A DNA stretch of 64,000 bases from assembly GCA_018061145.1 (NCBI GenBank), contig JAGOUR010000002.1:1939-65938 (forward strand). Direction: 5' to 3'. Below, piece by piece: positions 59,818-64,000 of the stretch. This DNA is from Minisyncoccota bacterium (GTDB taxonomy: Bacteria > Patescibacteriota > Minisyncoccia > Phycocordibacterales > UBA9973). The notes under the pieces are model-generated. The model was not told the DNA's origin, made no database searches, and saw nothing but the letters and a program-made list of their open reading frames with translations. The number at the start of each line of letters is the position of its first letter. The first letter of the stretch is position 1. A program made the position numbers and the translations under genes.

Positions 59818-59848
59818 CCCCAGATAGGGCCTAAAGCCCTATCTGGGG
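59818..59848. repeat. REP-like palindrome, right flank of the RayT-like gene
   Basis: CCCCAGATAGGGC-CTAAA-GCCCTATCTGGGG, a perfect 13-bp stem. Confidence 0.65.
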
Positions 59849-59849
59849 A

Positions 59850-61610
59850 TTATTCTATAAATCCACCGACTTGGTGATTCCAGAGATCGGAGTACTGTCC
59901 ACCCTTTTCTAGAAGTTCAGCATGAGTACCCTCTTCGACGATTTTACCGTCTTCCAGGACTATTATCCGGTCCATCTTTTGAATAGTTGAGAGGCGGTGA
60001 GCAATGACGATAGTAGTCTTGTTTTTCATAATCTCATTGAATGCGTCTTGGATATACTGCTCTGAGATACTATCCAATGCACTCGTAGCTTCATCGAGGA
60101 TAAATATCGGACTATTTTTCAAGATTGCACGAGCGATAGCCACACGCTGACGCTCGCCACCAGAGAGCTTTACTCCACGCTCACCTACATATGTCTCGTA
60201 TTTATTTGGTAGCTTTTCTATAAATCCATGAGCTCTGGCTTTCTTGGCTGCAGAAATAATTTCTTTGTCTGTGGCGTCTTGTTTTCCATAAGATATATTC
60301 TCACGTATTGTTCGATGGAATAATACAGACTCCTGAGGGACATACGATATAGCACTACGTAGATCATCCTGAGTCACATTGCGGACATCTTGCCCGTCGA
60401 TAGTAATACCACCACCATCAACATCTGAAAATCTCAGAATCAAATTTACAAAAGTAGATTTACCTGCACCAGAGTGACCGACGAGCCCAATACGCTCGCC
60501 AGGCTTGATATCGAGATTAAAATTTGTAAAAATTTCTTCATTGTTTTTATATTTAAAACATACATCCTTAAAAACAAGATGCCCTTTTTTCATTTTTAAT
60601 TTTTCTGGATTTACTGGATCTGTTACATCTTGAGATACTTCAAATATGTCGATCATCTCTTTCATATCGGCAGAATATTTCATGAATTTAGTAAGTGCAT
60701 TACCCAAATTCCAAAGTCGATCAAATATGATAACCATATAAGTTTGAATCAGGACCACTGTACCAGTGCTAATCTCCCCTGCTAGCCAGAATTTTATCAT
60801 GAAGTAAAGAATACTACTCTGAGTTATAAATACCAGAGTTCCCTGGAGTGCATCTATTCTATTTCCAAAAAACCAAGCCCTGCGACTCTTGAGAGCGGCA
60901 TTCTCTACTATCTCATCGAATGCTTTAATTTCAGGTTTACCAGAAGAAAATATTTTTACCGCCAATATATTCCCAAAGATATCAGCCAATCTTCCCCCAA
61001 TTTTTGAATCAGCCTGAGCCTCCTCTAGATCATATTTAACCTTTTTCCCAACAAAAAAAGAAACCAAGCTTATAAATACAACGATGAAAGCTAAGAATAT
61101 ATATGTAAGGAAAACAGACTGATGATACATAACCACAAAAATACCTATGAGTGAGATAAAAACACTCCAGAATTCATATATAAAAATATCATACATAGAC
61201 TCAAAAGACCCCACGAATCTACGTGATTTTGTTACGAGTGAACCAGAAAAAGTATTCGCAAAAAAAGTCTGAGAATGTGATTGGATTTTCTGGAATGCAA
61301 ATTTTCTTAAATCGCTGATCATCTTTATCTCAAAAGAAAGATGCATATATTTACTCAATCTACCGACAATCAAGAGAGCAAATCCAACAGATATGATCAT
61401 GATGACTAGATGGGTTATTGGTTCAACCAAAGACACACGATCCACTCCAGCGATAGAAATAGAATCAATAATCTTTTTAAATAAAAACGGTCGGACGACT
61501 GCATCCAAAACAGTCCTAAGCGCAAAAATAAACAAAATCAAAAAGAATGCGAATTTATATTTTCGCATTTGAGGCCAAATATATTTTAAAATACTTGAGA
61601 ATAGTGACAT
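59850..61610 (-). CDS. ABC exporter, fused permease and ATPase (MsbA-like)
   Basis: 6-TM domain, Walker A GHSGAGKST, signature LSGGERQRVAIARA, Walker B ILDEATSALD. Confidence 0.85.
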   Translation of the reverse strand: MSLFSSILKYIWPQMRKYKFAFFLILFIFALRTVLDAVVRPFLFKKIIDSISIAGVDRVSLVEPITHLVIMIISVGFALLIVGRLSKYMHLSFEIKMISDLRKFAFQKIQSHSQTFFANTFSGSLVTKSRRFVGSFESMYDIFIYEFWSVFISLIGIFVVMYHQSVFLTYIFLAFIVVFISLVSFFVGKKVKYDLEEAQADSKIGGRLADIFGNILAVKIFSSGKPEIKAFDEIVENAALKSRRAWFFGNRIDALQGTLVFITQSSILYFMIKFWLAGEISTGTVVLIQTYMVIIFDRLWNLGNALTKFMKYSADMKEMIDIFEVSQDVTDPVNPEKLKMKKGHLVFKDVCFKYKNNEEIFTNFNLDIKPGERIGLVGHSGAGKSTFVNLILRFSDVDGGGITIDGQDVRNVTQDDLRSAISYVPQESVLFHRTIRENISYGKQDATDKEIISAAKKARAHGFIEKLPNKYETYVGERGVKLSGGERQRVAIARAILKNSPIFILDEATSALDSISEQYIQDAFNEIMKNKTTIVIAHRLSTIQKMDRIIVLEDGKIVEEGTHAELLEKGGQYSDLWNHQVGGFIE

Positions 61611-61670
61611 ATTTTATATGATATCAAAAAAATGCTTATTTTGAAAGCATTTTTAAAATATTATTAAAAA

Positions 61671-63356
61671 TTATAGTTTACCCTGCTCTGGGGCAATTGG
61701 TTTTGTTTTCCAGAATTTCTTTTGTACGGCTTTGCGTATATCTGCCAACTCCTCGTTCTTTAGAAGAATGAGAATAGCAACGCCTACTACTATACCAATA
61801 ATCCCAGAAAGGAAACCCTGAGCAAAAATACCAAAACCAGTATGAACAAGGAAAATATCATCAAATATATTTAACATCATATAGGCTACTACCCCCATAA
61901 CGACAGAAGACAATAATGAGGCAGAAAATGTTTTAAAAATTCCAGAATTTATATTTTTCAGAAAATCTTTTTTGAACATTGTCCATATTAGAAAGAAATT
62001 CAAAATAGATCCAAATACAAAAGCAATAGGCAATGCGAACATCTCTGTACCTTCCACTCCACTCACACGCATTAGAGATTCAACATATCCCAACAGAACA
62101 GGATTGTTCCTAAATAAGTGGATCAGAATAAATGCAAAAAAGATTGTAGCAATAGATGACGACACATTTACAAATAATGGCTTCTTTGTATTACCTGATG
62201 CATAATACCCTCGTACAAATAGTAAAACCAAGCTCTGAGTCACAAGAGACACCACAAACAAGGCAGACGCTGCTGCAGTCAAACGAGTATCAGACCAAGA
62301 AAAAGTATTTGTACCTAGGGCCACACGTACAATCTGTGCACGTAGAACTATAACTAGGGATATCACAGGTAGTGACCAAAATATTATTTGCTTTGCAGAA
62401 CCCACAACATGATTTATAAATGTACCCATATCCTTTGATGAAAATGAACGAACAAGCACAGGAAATGCAGCCACAGAATAAGATATACCTATCACACCAA
62501 CGGGGACAGATTGTAAATTAAAGGCAAAATTAAAAAGTGAGATAGAGCCAGATTTCATAGTAGACGCAATAGCGATAAGAGAAAGGAATGCCAAACTACC
62601 ACAAGACAGTGCTAGAGTTCTAGGTAGTGAAATCTTAACTACAGACCATATCTCCTTCCAATTAACCTTTTTAAATGCTGGTAAGAATTCATGAAAAAAT
62701 ACTACTGGTATCTGAACACATAAATGCATGAATGCACCGATAACAACACCCACCGCTAGCCCGTATACACCTAGAACAGGATACAAGAAAAATATTCCAC
62801 AGAGTATTCCAATATTATAAAAAATTGGAGATAAAGAAAAAACAAAGAAATTTTTAAATAGTTGAGTAATGGTACCAATAAGATTTGAAAGTCCGATAAA
62901 TAGTGGCGATAATAACATCCACCTACTAGTAGTCACTAACATTGCCAACTGATCAGCAGTAAATCCAGGTGCTATACGTGGGGCTATGTATGGCATAAGA
63001 GCATAAATAATCACACATACAATGACCATAAAAATCATATACCCACTGAATATATTATTTAAAAATTTTTGAGCAGATAATTTACCATCTTTACCATTAT
63101 GAATCTTGTCTACCAAAAAAGGCATCAATACTGTGATAGATGCGAGTGATGCTATTGATACATACAAAAAATCTGGTATACGAAATGCTGCATAGTATAC
63201 ATCGAGTATTGGACCTGGCCCTATGGTATAAGCCAATACTCTGTCTCTATAAAGGCCGAGAAGCTGAGATATAAAAGTAAATGATCCGAGCAGTAGCGCG
63301 GCTTCATTTACACCATGAAATTCTTTATTTAATAATTTAAATAATTTCTTGACCAT
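61671..63356 (-). CDS. murJ: lipid II flippase MurJ (MviN)
   Basis: 14-TM MOP-family protein beginning FISQLLGLYRDRVLA. Confidence 0.8.
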   Translation of the reverse strand: MVKKLFKLLNKEFHGVNEAALLLGSFTFISQLLGLYRDRVLAYTIGPGPILDVYYAAFRIPDFLYVSIASLASITVLMPFLVDKIHNGKDGKLSAQKFLNNIFSGYMIFMVIVCVIIYALMPYIAPRIAPGFTADQLAMLVTTSRWMLLSPLFIGLSNLIGTITQLFKNFFVFSLSPIFYNIGILCGIFFLYPVLGVYGLAVGVVIGAFMHLCVQIPVVFFHEFLPAFKKVNWKEIWSVVKISLPRTLALSCGSLAFLSLIAIASTMKSGSISLFNFAFNLQSVPVGVIGISYSVAAFPVLVRSFSSKDMGTFINHVVGSAKQIIFWSLPVISLVIVLRAQIVRVALGTNTFSWSDTRLTAAASALFVVSLVTQSLVLLFVRGYYASGNTKKPLFVNVSSSIATIFFAFILIHLFRNNPVLLGYVESLMRVSGVEGTEMFALPIAFVFGSILNFFLIWTMFKKDFLKNINSGIFKTFSASLLSSVVMGVVAYMMLNIFDDIFLVHTGFGIFAQGFLSGIIGIVVGVAILILLKNEELADIRKAVQKKFWKTKPIAPEQGKL

Positions 63357-63368
63357 TACAATTTACGA

Positions 63369-63962
63369 TTACTGTTTCTTTGCAGAAGGTAACTTTATGT
63401 TTTCTTTTGGACTGACAAAAGAATAACTATTAATTTTTTCTAATTCTCTTTTTATGTCAGTATTATCAGGGATATATTTATTTAGTATTTCAAATTGAGC
63501 TTTTGCTTCAGCATTTTTCCCAACTTTTGAATAAGACATACCCAGGAAGTATCGTGCATCGAAGTTAGAAGGATTTAGAATAACAGCAGTCTCAAAAGCA
63601 TTCACAGAGTTACTAAATTCACCATTATTGTATCTCAATATACCTAGCTTAAAAAATACAGATGAATCACCTGGATACAAGCTAGCTGCATACTCAGCCT
63701 GCTTTATAGCCCCAGAAAGATCACCTTCCAAAACCTGTATTTGAACCATTGCAAAAATAGCATCTAAATAATCCTTCTTCATATTTAGTGCGTCTTCAAT
63801 ATATTTCTTTGCGGCGGTATTATCTTTTTTCAACAATTCAAGCTGGGCTCGAGCAAGTAAGATAGATGGATTAGAAGGATTAAATGTCAGAGCTTTATCA
63901 TAAGCTTCAACTGCATTTTCATAAGCTTTATCTATTCCAAGATTAAACATTGATGAATACAC
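63369..63962 (-). CDS. TPR-repeat protein; may extend beyond the window
   Basis: Multiple 34-aa TPR units (AYDKALTFNPSNP..., LNPSNFDARYFLG). Confidence 0.55.
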   Translation of the reverse strand: MYSSMFNLGIDKAYENAVEAYDKALTFNPSNPSILLARAQLELLKKDNTAAKKYIEDALNMKKDYLDAIFAMVQIQVLEGDLSGAIKQAEYAASLYPGDSSVFFKLGILRYNNGEFSNSVNAFETAVILNPSNFDARYFLGMSYSKVGKNAEAKAQFEILNKYIPDNTDIKRELEKINSYSFVSPKENIKLPSAKKQ

Positions 63963-64000
63963 ATTTCCAAGATTGACCCAGTTTTGGTAATTTTTCGGGC

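Overview
This window is AT-rich and densely coded, mostly on the minus strand. It looks like a small-genome bacterium that still makes peptidoglycan, and Patescibacteria/CPR-like is my guess, not something I tested. The core genes I can support are:
- a partial DEAD-box helicase with an RGG-rich N-terminus, lexA, engB and a cold-shock protein;
- a complete F0F1 ATP synthase operon in the order atpI/Z-B-E-F-H-A-G-D-C;
- prfA (RF1 type), rpmE, rplY, lysS and greA;
- the cell-wall genes PBP2 (transpeptidase), murC, murD, murE and murJ;
- gmk, tsaD, valS, lepA, and four tRNAs (Ile-GAU, Phe-GAA, Arg-CCU, Gly-CCC).

The region around 9.5-20 kb is an accessory/defence island. It holds a GC-rich ogt, a type I R-M operon (hsdR-fic-hsdM-[485-aa unknown with a C-terminal PD-(D/E)xK-like motif]-hsdS), radC, a GC-rich EVE-domain gene, tspO and a tandemly duplicated GIY-YIG nuclease gene.

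The most interesting unexplained structures are:
1. An IS200-like HUH-Y1 (RayT-type) transposase gene flanked by an inverted pair of GC-rich REP-like palindromes, with related palindromes at two other intergenic sites.
2. A family of roughly 100-bp AT-rich intergenic repeats inside and near the ATP synthase operon and downstream of prfA. A near-identical 30-nt motif also occurs twice in-frame inside tsaD.
3. A roughly 40-bp direct repeat that copies the 3' end of tsaD and brackets a single inserted gene, in the manner of att sites.
4. A perfect Gram-positive-type LexA box upstream of a small-ORF-lexA operon.
5. A recurrent motif YTCTAACGGGAT just upstream of several horizontally-acquired-looking genes.

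I found no CRISPR array. Every call below comes from reading motifs by eye; I ran no database search.
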